A DNA stretch of 64,000 bases from a virus. The position numbers and the translations under genes were made by a program. The notes beneath the pieces were generated by a model that worked only from the letters and a program-made list of their open reading frames with translations, ran no database searches and was not told where the DNA came from. Below, piece by piece: positions 1 to 10,154 of this stretch (position 1 is the first letter of the stretch; the number at the start of each line of letters is the position of its first letter). Location: IMG/VR virus record IMGVR_UViG_3300045988_138996, positions 128,001-192,000 of that record; one strand, written 5' to 3'.

Positions 1-3000
1 AATCAAGATATAACATATAAAGTTGTTGCACAACCTAGTAAAGAAGGCGGCAATATTTATATCGACTCATTTAAGATTGGTAATGAGGATATCGTAACAA
101 ATTATTATAATAATAATTATTTTAAGAAAGAAAATAATAGTATTTCTTATGTCGACAATTATTTCTATGGTACACAAATTCGAGATTTTGCATCGACTAC
201 AAATGTATACGATACTAAAAAAGGTGTAGCGCTCGATATTACAAAATCTACGATCGGCACATTTACAATTCCGTTAACTGCCGATATGGAATTTAAAACT
301 ATTAACTATAATATTATCGATAAGCCTATTAATATTATTAACAGATTTGATTTAATTAAGTTAAATAACTTTAAATATAATTCTGATGATAATACATTAT
401 ATATTGATTCTAATGCAAGAGGTTCTGTTAGTATCGAACAAATTATTACATCGTTAGAATTTGAAATTGATAAATTAGATTCTGAGCAAAATACAGGATC
501 TTGTCAAATTGTAATTACCGATGATAATAATAATATTTTAGTTCAAGAAGAATTAAATACTTCGACAACAAATAAAAAATTTAGTTATACTGCAGATGAA
601 TCCTCTAAAAAGAAAATTACGATATATAAAATTGGCCAGGTTGGTTTTAAGATTAAATTTATTAAAGCGTCGGCTAACGGAATTATCTTTAGTATTAATG
701 GTAATCGGATTCCTAAAACATTAAATTCATATTCATTACCAGATAATATTAATAACAAATTATTAACTGTTACGTTATATTCTTATCTCGGAATATCTTC
801 TCCTGTATTAGAATATATTTCGATTGCTGGAGAATTTTCTAATTTTAAATTCTTTGAAAAAGAAATTGTCGTACCGGCTAATACGACTAAAGATATTAAA
901 ATAGAATCTCGAGAAGCTAAGTTATTATTATATAAAAATAATAATTTAATCGACGATAATTTTGATACGTATAATACATATTCAGGTATTGGTAAGTTAC
1001 CACTATCTCTTAATAGTTCTAATTTAAGTCTTGTTAATAATGAACTTAAAACAGGTACTATTAATGGAAGAAACACTTCTTATATCGATATCGATTCTGA
1101 TACTAAATATATCGATATTAATTTTAATAAGTATGAAGAACTAGTTGAATCTTTAAAATTGTCTCAGATTTTAATTAATGATTATGAATATGATCATACT
1201 AAAGAAAGTGTGTTCGTTACATATAATGGTAAAATAATTATTTATAATAATTCTGGTAAGATTGAACCGTTTAAAGAAGTAACGATAGAACGTTCTGCAT
1301 TTTCTAAAAATTATAATTTAATTAAAGCTGTTATTCCTGATCCAGTATTAATTAATTTTATTCATGATAATAATAATGTTGTTACGACGAAAGAAAATTC
1401 CGATGTTAATAAAATTATTAAAATATCATTAGCAACTAAGAATTCTTCGACTCATGTTTTAAATAAATCTGACAAGATTGTTCAAAATCAAAAAGATTAT
1501 AATATTGATTTAGAATCTTTTGTTCCTAAGTTATCTCAAGATCAAGTATATTATCTCGAAATTAATTTACCTGATAATTATGATAAGACAACACAATATA
1601 TTCGATATACTTATGATACACATGAATCGCTAGAAAAAAGTTGTTTAATCGGAAATAATATTAATATCGTAACACCTGTTATTACAGTATTTGCTAATTA
1701 TTGGAATAATAATGAATCGAATTATAACGTATCGTTACGGAAAAAGTTCGAGACGACGTTATTCTCTTCTGAATTTAATTTAAATGAAACTGTTGATATA
1801 GACGGTACGTCTTATAATTTGTCTGAGTATTCTTTAACAGTTCCTTCGTATTTATCTATTACATATACGAATAAAACATATACGGAAGATGTTGAATTAA
1901 CAGAAGATGGTCTCGGCAAATTAAAATATTCTAATGTGTTGTCTACTGATGCAGTCGTAAAGATTGGAGACCATACATTAACTAATAAAGAATATGCTAT
2001 TTATTCTGAACCAGGTATTATATTAATCGACGATATTTTTGAATATAATTCTTTAACAGCAAATATTACATATATATATAAAGCTCCGATTAAAATAAGC
2101 TTTAATTCATTAGATAAACTATATGAACTTGTTGAATACAATATCGATGCTTACGATATTGAAAACTTATTAACCGTTAAAGATATGAAAGATGGCGAAA
2201 GTCGAATCGTAACAATTGCTAATAAAGATATCGATAAATTATATGCAACTTCAACAAATAGTAATTTCACTTCCGTTATTATTAATAATAAAGTAACGGT
2301 ATATCGTAATAATACTGATAATAGAATAGCAGTTAAAGCTGGTTATTATTATGAAAATGGTAAAGAATACTATTTTGGAATTAATGAATCGACAATACGT
2401 CATCATCGTGATCATCATGTCGATTTTAATAATACGAAAAAACAAGGTAGTTTACTTGTATTAAATTCTAAAAAGCAAAACTTTATCCCGAATAGTTTAA
2501 TGGATATGAAAATTTTAAATCCATTATGTTATGTAAATTTTAAAGAGCAAAAAGAAATATCTGAAATATCTTCGCTTCATTCACTAACAACAGCTAATAC
2601 GTTTAATAACTGGACGTTTGATAAATGTGATCCGACACTTCTCGAAGAAAATAAAAATTATATTATTAATTTTAACTTCGATAAAAATGGCTATGCTATT
2701 TTTAGAATCGATAAATATATTTATGATAATACATTTATTAATATCAAAATGTCGGGCAATCTTATTATTAGATTATTTAGCGAACGCAAGCTTAATGGAT
2801 TTAGATTGCAAAAGAAGCCATTATTAAAATTTGAAAAAGATTTTACAATAGCCGATGGTTCTGCTGCAATTAATTTTACACGTGAAAACGATTTGTATTA
2901 TTATATTGTTGTTACAGGTACACAAGGATCGATAGAAGAAATAGTTATTTCTGATAAAGAAATTGAAGCGCCTCATAAAAAGAATATCGACAAACTTGGT

Positions 3001-3846
3001 TGGGATATCACTGAAAAGAAATTAAACCCAGATTTATTTATTCATTACGATAACTTTAATGCGTCGACAACGAATTTAGATATCGATGACGATGGTCGTA
3101 TTGTATACGGTACAACAATGGATTATGATGCGACATTAATCGGCACGTCTGATTTAATGCGTTGCCAATTAGATAAAGTATTGTATCGTAATAATAAACT
3201 AATTACACTCGATGAGTTAGGTGTCGTTACGACAGAAATATTCGATTTAATCGGAAAACATTATGAAGCATCTAGTGATGAATATTATAAATATATGAAT
3301 AATATATTATATTTCATTGGTAAGATTAATACCTTGTCTTCTGACATATTTAAAATAACAGTTTTAGGTTCTGATAATTATTATGGTACGTTCTCGACAA
3401 TTGGTGTTATTGAAGATAGTTGTTTTACATTAATCAATAATGAAAAATTAACACAGTATATTCGATTAAGAATTGATATGCCTGCTAATACAGAAATATC
3501 TTCGATCGATATATATAATATATTTAATGAAACTGACGATGTAAAAATTCCGTCTTTAATAGAAACCTCTGGAGTTTTAATCTCGAGACTATTAATGGTG
3601 TCAGATAAAAATAGTTACAATATAGATTCTATTGATGGAGATATTAAAGGCGACGTTAGAATTAGCGTACGAACACTTCGTAAAAATGGTATCGATTCTA
3701 ATTTTACACAGTGGAAAGAATTATATAAAAATGGTAAAATAATACCAGTAGCTGTTAACAATACAGATACGTTCCAGTTTAGAATTGAATTGTTGGCGCC
3801 AGATGCCTCAGTTCTTATTAATAAGATAGGATTAACAACTATATGA
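1..3846 (+). CDS. Very large virion structural protein (tail/baseplate module); its 5' end lies upstream of the window
   Basis: Frame 1 is open from nt 1 (NQDITYKVVAQPSKEGG...) to TGA at 3844-3846, so the ATG at 286 in the ORF track is internal. More than 1281 aa, with N/I/K/Y/T-rich composition like the neighbouring fibre genes. The stop overlaps the next start (ATGA). No catalytic motif recognised. Confidence 0.8.
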   Translation, partial: NQDITYKVVAQPSKEGGNIYIDSFKIGNEDIVTNYYNNNYFKKENNSISYVDNYFYGTQIRDFASTTNVYDTKKGVALDITKSTIGTFTIPLTADMEFKTINYNIIDKPINIINRFDLIKLNNFKYNSDDNTLYIDSNARGSVSIEQIITSLEFEIDKLDSEQNTGSCQIVITDDNNNILVQEELNTSTTNKKFSYTADESSKKKITIYKIGQVGFKIKFIKASANGIIFSINGNRIPKTLNSYSLPDNINNKLLTVTLYSYLGISSPVLEYISIAGEFSNFKFFEKEIVVPANTTKDIKIESREAKLLLYKNNNLIDDNFDTYNTYSGIGKLPLSLNSSNLSLVNNELKTGTINGRNTSYIDIDSDTKYIDINFNKYEELVESLKLSQILINDYEYDHTKESVFVTYNGKIIIYNNSGKIEPFKEVTIERSAFSKNYNLIKAVIPDPVLINFIHDNNNVVTTKENSDVNKIIKISLATKNSSTHVLNKSDKIVQNQKDYNIDLESFVPKLSQDQVYYLEINLPDNYDKTTQYIRYTYDTHESLEKSCLIGNNINIVTPVITVFANYWNNNESNYNVSLRKKFETTLFSSEFNLNETVDIDGTSYNLSEYSLTVPSYLSITYTNKTYTEDVELTEDGLGKLKYSNVLSTDAVVKIGDHTLTNKEYAIYSEPGIILIDDIFEYNSLTANITYIYKAPIKISFNSLDKLYELVEYNIDAYDIENLLTVKDMKDGESRIVTIANKDIDKLYATSTNSNFTSVIINNKVTVYRNNTDNRIAVKAGYYYENGKEYYFGINESTIRHHRDHHVDFNNTKKQGSLLVLNSKKQNFIPNSLMDMKILNPLCYVNFKEQKEISEISSLHSLTTANTFNNWTFDKCDPTLLEENKNYIINFNFDKNGYAIFRIDKYIYDNTFINIKMSGNLIIRLFSERKLNGFRLQKKPLLKFEKDFTIADGSAAINFTRENDLYYYIVVTGTQGSIEEIVISDKEIEAPHKKNIDKLGWDITEKKLNPDLFIHYDNFNASTTNLDIDDDGRIVYGTTMDYDATLIGTSDLMRCQLDKVLYRNNKLITLDELGVVTTEIFDLIGKHYEASSDEYYKYMNNILYFIGKINTLSSDIFKITVLGSDNYYGTFSTIGVIEDSCFTLINNEKLTQYIRLRIDMPANTEISSIDIYNIFNETDDVKIPSLIETSGVLISRLLMVSDKNSYNIDSIDGDIKGDVRISVRTLRKNGIDSNFTQWKELYKNGKIIPVAVNNTDTFQFRIELLAPDASVLINKIGLTTI

Positions 3847-5909
3847 TATTTTTTGATAATGCAAGAATAACTAAGAATAACGGATGTTATTTTTACGATC
3901 AAGATATTATTATTCTTGATTATACATATAGTGGCGATTCTAGAATTAAATTAAAATTAGATTATGTAAATCCAGGATTCGGAATTCTCTTAATTGAGGA
4001 TTCCGATTCTAAATTTAATTCTAAAAAACAATATATGTTTAAATTTGGTGATGATGATTATGCCGTTATCGAAAAGTTAGATGACGGACAAAATCAAGTC
4101 GAATATTCTACGATACAATTTAAGCATTTATTAAAAGATGCATATGTTGTTTTAGAATATGAAAATAATAAAGTTTCTTTTTATCTAGAAAAAAATAATA
4201 AAAAAGTATTAACGATTATTCAAGATTTTCCGATTGAATTTAGTTCATATCATATCGGCTTATATTCACAATATGGTAACACTGTCGAATCATTGCAAGT
4301 ATCTTCAGGATTACCTATTGGATGGGCAGCTAATGTTATTAGTACTGTTGGTGGTCGTTTATATTATTATGATAATACAATTAAGTTTGAAAATTGTACA
4401 TATGAAGCTCAAACAGAAACTGACTTTATTAAATTAAAAGCCGGTATTTATTATTTAAAATATAATGTTACTGGTGATATTAAAGCAGCTGCATTCGCTT
4501 CATCTGATCCGAGTATCGAATTAAATAAAAAGAATATTTTAAAAGACAACAAAATTGTTCTTGAAGAAGATTCATATGTATCAATACAATTTTATGGTAA
4601 AGATGGTATCGTATCTAATATCTCGTTACAAGAAACTGTTAACGGATCATATTTACCATCATCTGGCAATGGATCATTACAAGAAGGTAGTTATTTACAT
4701 TTTATATTAGATAATATTTCTTCGATTCATTTATCGGTGCAAATTACGGAACTACCAGAGTCTGAAAATTTAACATATTATTATTTTAAATTTGGTGATC
4801 GAGTGTATACACCTAAAGATTTCCCAATTGGTGAATATATCGATGTTGTGTATGATCGTAAAACATTAACGATAAAATATGCAGACAAAACAATTCGATT
4901 AAATCGATACGATAGCAACATTCTCGATATGTTTTATAACGTAAATGCTTATATTAAAAAACTTGTCATCATTAATAAAGATAATAAAGAAGAAAATCTT
5001 TTAAGCGTAAGCGAAACGTATTCACACATTACTAATGAATTAGATACGCCGATATTGTGTTTAGATGAAAACAATGAACCATTCGATTTAAGTTCTTCAT
5101 ATCGTGAAGTTATTATACCGACTGTTCATATCGATATGTTTAATAAGTATAATCCGATGAAATTATTTCATCAATTAAATACATATCAGTTAGATGATAT
5201 TCAAGTTATTGGTATTAAAGAACATTGTCAAATTAATCCGGATGCTAAAAACTTTAATGATTTTATTATCTCGGAAACAGGATTCCAATATATCGATTTT
5301 AATCCAGCTATTAATATTAATATCGATTTAAATTCTTTAGTTTACGATAAAGATATTCGTAATAAATATAAATATATAGCTATTATGTATTCGACTGCCG
5401 ATACGTATATGTATAAGTTTACGAATTGGTCTCGTGAATATTTCGATAATAAAAATAATGTATTGCAATTAGCGCATCCGATTCTTAACACATTTAATAA
5501 TATTAACATTTATGGTATGAATAAAGAACCTAAATTAGATTTATTCTATCGAGTTCGTCAAGATAAAGAAACATCTGATATTAAATTAACAGCTAATACG
5601 TATGATATTGTCGACAATGCATCATTCGATATCGACTTTAAGAAGAATCGTATCGAATTAAAAAACAATAATTATAAATATTATATTGTCGAATATCTTA
5701 AAAAAGATAGTTATTGTATTAACGATTTAAAATATAATATATTATTAAACAAAGATCCGTCTAATTTATACGAAGTTAAAATCTCGACTAATAAAGAAAA
5801 TTTTAGATTAATTTATGATCAAGATGAAAAGACTAAGACTATTAACAAGTATAAACTAACAGATATTAATTTAAATCCTAATCGGTATGTAACATTGAGG
5901 TCTGTATGA
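3843..5909 (+). CDS. Virion structural protein, role unknown
   Basis: 688-aa ORF with ATGA overlaps at both ends, implying translational coupling with the flanking structural genes. Beta-rich composition. No motif recognised. Confidence 0.7.
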   Translation: MIFFDNARITKNNGCYFYDQDIIILDYTYSGDSRIKLKLDYVNPGFGILLIEDSDSKFNSKKQYMFKFGDDDYAVIEKLDDGQNQVEYSTIQFKHLLKDAYVVLEYENNKVSFYLEKNNKKVLTIIQDFPIEFSSYHIGLYSQYGNTVESLQVSSGLPIGWAANVISTVGGRLYYYDNTIKFENCTYEAQTETDFIKLKAGIYYLKYNVTGDIKAAAFASSDPSIELNKKNILKDNKIVLEEDSYVSIQFYGKDGIVSNISLQETVNGSYLPSSGNGSLQEGSYLHFILDNISSIHLSVQITELPESENLTYYYFKFGDRVYTPKDFPIGEYIDVVYDRKTLTIKYADKTIRLNRYDSNILDMFYNVNAYIKKLVIINKDNKEENLLSVSETYSHITNELDTPILCLDENNEPFDLSSSYREVIIPTVHIDMFNKYNPMKLFHQLNTYQLDDIQVIGIKEHCQINPDAKNFNDFIISETGFQYIDFNPAININIDLNSLVYDKDIRNKYKYIAIMYSTADTYMYKFTNWSREYFDNKNNVLQLAHPILNTFNNINIYGMNKEPKLDLFYRVRQDKETSDIKLTANTYDIVDNASFDIDFKKNRIELKNNNYKYYIVEYLKKDSYCINDLKYNILLNKDPSNLYEVKISTNKENFRLIYDQDEKTKTINKYKLTDINLNPNRYVTLRSV

Positions 5910-7591
5910 AAATTTATTTAAATAAAAAAGAAATTGTCGACAAAACATTACTCGATGAAAATGACATACCATTGTCATATTTAAATAATTTATCAGTATA
6001 TAGTGATACGATTATTAAATACGGCGATAAGTTATTAAAGTTAAATAAAAAACGGGCTATTAATTTATATGAGAAAGTCGATAAAAATAAATTATTTTTT
6101 AAGGAAAATAATGAGCCGGCTAAAATTAATAAAGATTATCTTGTCGATATTGATGGCAAAATCGATCTTCTTAATAGTTCGAAAAAATCTTCTTATCGTC
6201 CGACTGTATTTGGATATAAATATGTATTAGAAAGAACGATACCGTTTCAATCTGATAAAGAATATATGATCAATATTGATTATACCGGTATGGAACACGT
6301 TAAAGAATTATTAAAAACAGTTACGTTGCCTAATAATTTACATTTGAATAGTGTTCAAAATAACCCTGATATTAAATATTTTTCAGATGAAAAAGCATAT
6401 TTAGAAAATATGAGAGATGGTGGTTATCAAGATAATTGCAATATTTATATCGTAAAATCATCGTATGCTAATAAGATTATATATAATAAACCTAAAATAT
6501 TTGATGTTGCTAAACCTGTAATATTCACACAATCTGAATATACGATCGAACCGTCTTGGGATATTTTTAATCATGATTCTGAAATGTCATTGTTCCCGAG
6601 AGTTACTTATGATTATATTAAATTAACGATTAATCATACACCAATATTAATCATGAGAGATCGTTTAAATTATAAATTAATCATGTTGTGTGGTAAAGAA
6701 ATTTTCACACAGGAACGATTAATTAAATTCTTGGTTGAAAATATAGTATATGCTTATACTGTAGGTTATTATAAAGTACCGGAAGCTTCTGGTGCTTATC
6801 TTAATAGTTTTATATCAAATAATATTATTGACTATTATTATAGTTTAAATAATAGAATGAATAGTCATCATCCAACTATTAATTTTAAAAAAGATATCGA
6901 GGCGTCTAATTTTAAAGATACGTCATATAAATTAGTCGATGTGTTTACGACAGATAGCAATATTGTATATGATTATACCGATTATTCTAACAACGTATAT
7001 TTTAAGAAGACTGTTAATAATGAGCCAGAAAAAAGTAATACGGATTCATTAATTTATACGACGAATCAAGAATTAAAATTTATCGACAAAGTTAATTATT
7101 CATTATACGATATTGAACAGTTACCAAATATTTCTTATAAATATAATAATGATAAATTAGAGATTGTTGTTTCGCCATATTATAGCTCTTCTCAAAATAT
7201 TGCTAAAAGTGAACAAACATATCTTACGATACATGATATTAATAAAAATTATGTACTGTACATGAGAAAGACTTCGATTATTGCCGATCAAGAATTTTAC
7301 ATATTAGAAGATACTGAACAATCTAACGATATAAAAATTGCCGATATTATAATTAAATTAAATAATAATATTGTGCCGACAGATGTTCGTGTAATCGGCG
7401 GTGGTTCTAGTAAATATGATAACTATGATTATATCGATACTGGTAATATAAACGGTAGACCATATAGAGTTGGTACATCGATGGTTATTACTTTGCCGAA
7501 ACGTTACGAGCCGTATCGAAACCAACTACAACAACAAATTAATAAACATATTTCATCGGCTGAAGCGGCAATTATTATTTTTAAGGACTAG
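5906..7591 (+). CDS. Virion structural protein, role unknown
   Basis: 561-aa ORF, ATGA-coupled to the upstream gene and lying inside the structural operon. No motif recognised. Confidence 0.7.
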   Translation: MKIYLNKKEIVDKTLLDENDIPLSYLNNLSVYSDTIIKYGDKLLKLNKKRAINLYEKVDKNKLFFKENNEPAKINKDYLVDIDGKIDLLNSSKKSSYRPTVFGYKYVLERTIPFQSDKEYMINIDYTGMEHVKELLKTVTLPNNLHLNSVQNNPDIKYFSDEKAYLENMRDGGYQDNCNIYIVKSSYANKIIYNKPKIFDVAKPVIFTQSEYTIEPSWDIFNHDSEMSLFPRVTYDYIKLTINHTPILIMRDRLNYKLIMLCGKEIFTQERLIKFLVENIVYAYTVGYYKVPEASGAYLNSFISNNIIDYYYSLNNRMNSHHPTINFKKDIEASNFKDTSYKLVDVFTTDSNIVYDYTDYSNNVYFKKTVNNEPEKSNTDSLIYTTNQELKFIDKVNYSLYDIEQLPNISYKYNNDKLEIVVSPYYSSSQNIAKSEQTYLTIHDINKNYVLYMRKTSIIADQEFYILEDTEQSNDIKIADIIIKLNNNIVPTDVRVIGGGSSKYDNYDYIDTGNINGRPYRVGTSMVITLPKRYEPYRNQLQQQINKHISSAEAAIIIFKD

Positions 7592-7594
7592 ATA

Positions 7595-9703
7595 ATGGCA
7601 AATAATTTTCTAAACAAAATCGACTTTACTAAAGGTGTAAAGGCAAGACCTATCAATGAAAATTTTGAAATGGTCCAAGATTGGATCGATCAGGAACGAT
7701 TACAATCTGCAGGCTGGGGCATTATCTCTGGTTTTGAATTTAGCCGACGTGGCGATGAGTTCATTATCGATATAACAGAAGGTGAACTTATTAATCGTGC
7801 CGGTCATAAAATTAAACTAGATCCGGCATTCGTAAATGTAGGTGAACCACAAGCTATTCAATATTTTGAAAAATTTACGCTTGATGCTACCGGTGAAATT
7901 ACGTTACGTTTCCCAGTATATGCTCCTTCACAATTAAAACAAGTTGTATATATTGCAGGTGTTCAAGGTGAGTTACCAGATACTAAAGAGTTTCGTGTAT
8001 ATGATTTAGAAACACAAGAAATTCTTCAAATCGCCTCTATTAATAAACAAACAATTCATATTGTCGATCCGGAAGGTAACGAAGGACGCAAAGTCGGTGT
8101 CGTATATAACTATGCATCATCTCATATTGATACGATTGTATATAATGAAAAAACTCCGGAATTATATCCTAAATATCATTATGGTATTTTCTCTGCGTCA
8201 CCGGCTTTTCCTGATTTAAATCAGTTTGAAGAACAAGGTGATATCATTCTTGGCTGGGTATATTGGACAATCGATGAAAACGGTATTTCTGTAAAATTCT
8301 TTTACGATAATAAAAATACTCGTCCAATTTATGTCGACAAACATGGCAATATTTATTTGTATGGTAAATTATATTCTAAGACGCAGCGCAAGTTTATTTA
8401 TTTCATAGAGCCAACTAATCCAGAACCAAATGATTTATGGTATGATAGTGATTCTAATATCTTATACATTTGGCGCCAATTTAATGGTGGCGATTACCAA
8501 TGGGTTCCAGTAAATGAACATAGTACGATGGATCTTCACGAAACGAAGTTGTTCATTCCAGATGAAAATTTAACTAACGAAGAAAATGAAAAACAAACGT
8601 TTATCTTTGACGAAGCCGATACGAATATGTTTTTCTTACCACGGTCTAATTCTTTAGACGTATATATCGATCAAGGATATATTATGAAAGACCAGTATGT
8701 CGAAATGGTCATGCTTAAAGAACAAGATCGGAATGGTGATCATTTAATCGTTCCTGATAATCCTAAATATAAGCTAAGCGATATTATTAAGGGCGTCGGT
8801 TTTAAATTAAACTATGCGTTAAATGAACCGACTGTTGTACAAGTTAACGTTCGTCATACTATTAAAAAGGGGAAGGAATCTGGTGTATTCCAACGTGCTG
8901 CTGTATTCGTCGAAGAAAAACGTATTATTTATAATGAAGATTCATATCCTAATAATACAAGAATTATTAAATTGCCGACGACATATGAATACGGTAAACA
9001 ACAACTCGAAGTGTTTTTAAACGGTATGAAACTTCATAGTGGCTCTTCTGACGAAGTAGATTTTAGTGAAGTGCTTCCTGTACCGACAGAAGATAATCCA
9101 AACCCAACACTAACTAATAAGTTTATTATTAATAATAATATTAACTTAAAATATGGCGATCGTATTATATATCGCATTTCTCATTATGTTTGGTCTTACG
9201 AACAATTAGAATCTATCGTTACAAATGCCCAAGAAGGCATTAAGGAAACAAAAGATTTAATTACGAATGTCGATAAAAAATATTCACGCATTGTCGATAC
9301 ATTTGATCCGGCATTACAATCGATTCAGAATATCATTACCGATTTAAAAGAATCGACTCTTAATACAGATAATTTTGTTAAGAAGACTGATAAGATTACA
9401 AAAGATATGCTCGATGATTCTGTTAAACATGGTTTGTATAAAGAACTTAAACAGTATGAAATTACGGTCGATCCGACGAATACGATTTATCCGTTACAAC
9501 ATACTGTACAACAAGATCAAATGTCTTTCGTATTATTAGATCAATATACAGGTAATAATAAAATCGATAATGCTAATATCAGTACGATACTTAATTATGG
9601 TACTGATTATGTATATATCGATAATAATAAGATTAAGTTATCTGCTGGTCTTATTAGAAATACAAGAAAACTTAAATTTATGGTTATTTCCTTTGGAGTG
9701 TAA
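7595..9703 (+). CDS. Tail-fibre/baseplate-associated structural protein
   Basis: 702 aa. Carries motifs that recur in the downstream fibre genes: NPEPNDLWYDSDSNILYIWRQFNGGDYQWVPV, LEVFLNGMKL and KKTDKITKDMLDDSVKHGL. Confidence 0.7.
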   Translation: MANNFLNKIDFTKGVKARPINENFEMVQDWIDQERLQSAGWGIISGFEFSRRGDEFIIDITEGELINRAGHKIKLDPAFVNVGEPQAIQYFEKFTLDATGEITLRFPVYAPSQLKQVVYIAGVQGELPDTKEFRVYDLETQEILQIASINKQTIHIVDPEGNEGRKVGVVYNYASSHIDTIVYNEKTPELYPKYHYGIFSASPAFPDLNQFEEQGDIILGWVYWTIDENGISVKFFYDNKNTRPIYVDKHGNIYLYGKLYSKTQRKFIYFIEPTNPEPNDLWYDSDSNILYIWRQFNGGDYQWVPVNEHSTMDLHETKLFIPDENLTNEENEKQTFIFDEADTNMFFLPRSNSLDVYIDQGYIMKDQYVEMVMLKEQDRNGDHLIVPDNPKYKLSDIIKGVGFKLNYALNEPTVVQVNVRHTIKKGKESGVFQRAAVFVEEKRIIYNEDSYPNNTRIIKLPTTYEYGKQQLEVFLNGMKLHSGSSDEVDFSEVLPVPTEDNPNPTLTNKFIINNNINLKYGDRIIYRISHYVWSYEQLESIVTNAQEGIKETKDLITNVDKKYSRIVDTFDPALQSIQNIITDLKESTLNTDNFVKKTDKITKDMLDDSVKHGLYKELKQYEITVDPTNTIYPLQHTVQQDQMSFVLLDQYTGNNKIDNANISTILNYGTDYVYIDNNKIKLSAGLIRNTRKLKFMVISFGV

Positions 9704-9706
9704 TTC

Positions 9707-10141
9707 ATGCAAAATACATTGACATGGATGGTTCTCGATGAAAAAGAATTTAATATTTATAGTACTTATAAAGCCGGAGTTATTACTTCGGCTTCTCGTA
9801 CTGTAATCCCGATTCGTCTATATAATAATTATATGGGCGTTGAGAAACAGCCAGATTTAAAAAATTTCGGCATTAATTTTTATTTTACCGATATCGAAGA
9901 TTCTTCTTTATTAGATAATATAAAAATTTTAAATGCTGAATCTGTCGAATTACCAACGACTCGATTAAATGAAGTGTTAACAGTTAATTTAACGAACGAG
10001 GTAATTATTAGCGGCGCTCCAAATAAAGGAGATAGCAAAGATAATTATTATGATTTTAATATCGTAATAGAATTACCTAAAGACGTTAAATATAAAATTA
10101 ACGATCTTAAAGAATTAACTTGTGATGTTGTCTATTATTAA
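9707..10141 (+). CDS. Small structural protein, unknown role
   Basis: 144-aa ORF starting 3 nt after the upstream stop and ending just before the AGGAGG of the next gene. Confidence 0.65.
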   Translation: MQNTLTWMVLDEKEFNIYSTYKAGVITSASRTVIPIRLYNNYMGVEKQPDLKNFGINFYFTDIEDSSLLDNIKILNAESVELPTTRLNEVLTVNLTNEVIISGAPNKGDSKDNYYDFNIVIELPKDVKYKINDLKELTCDVVYY

Positions 10142-10154
10142 GGAGGCCTATTAA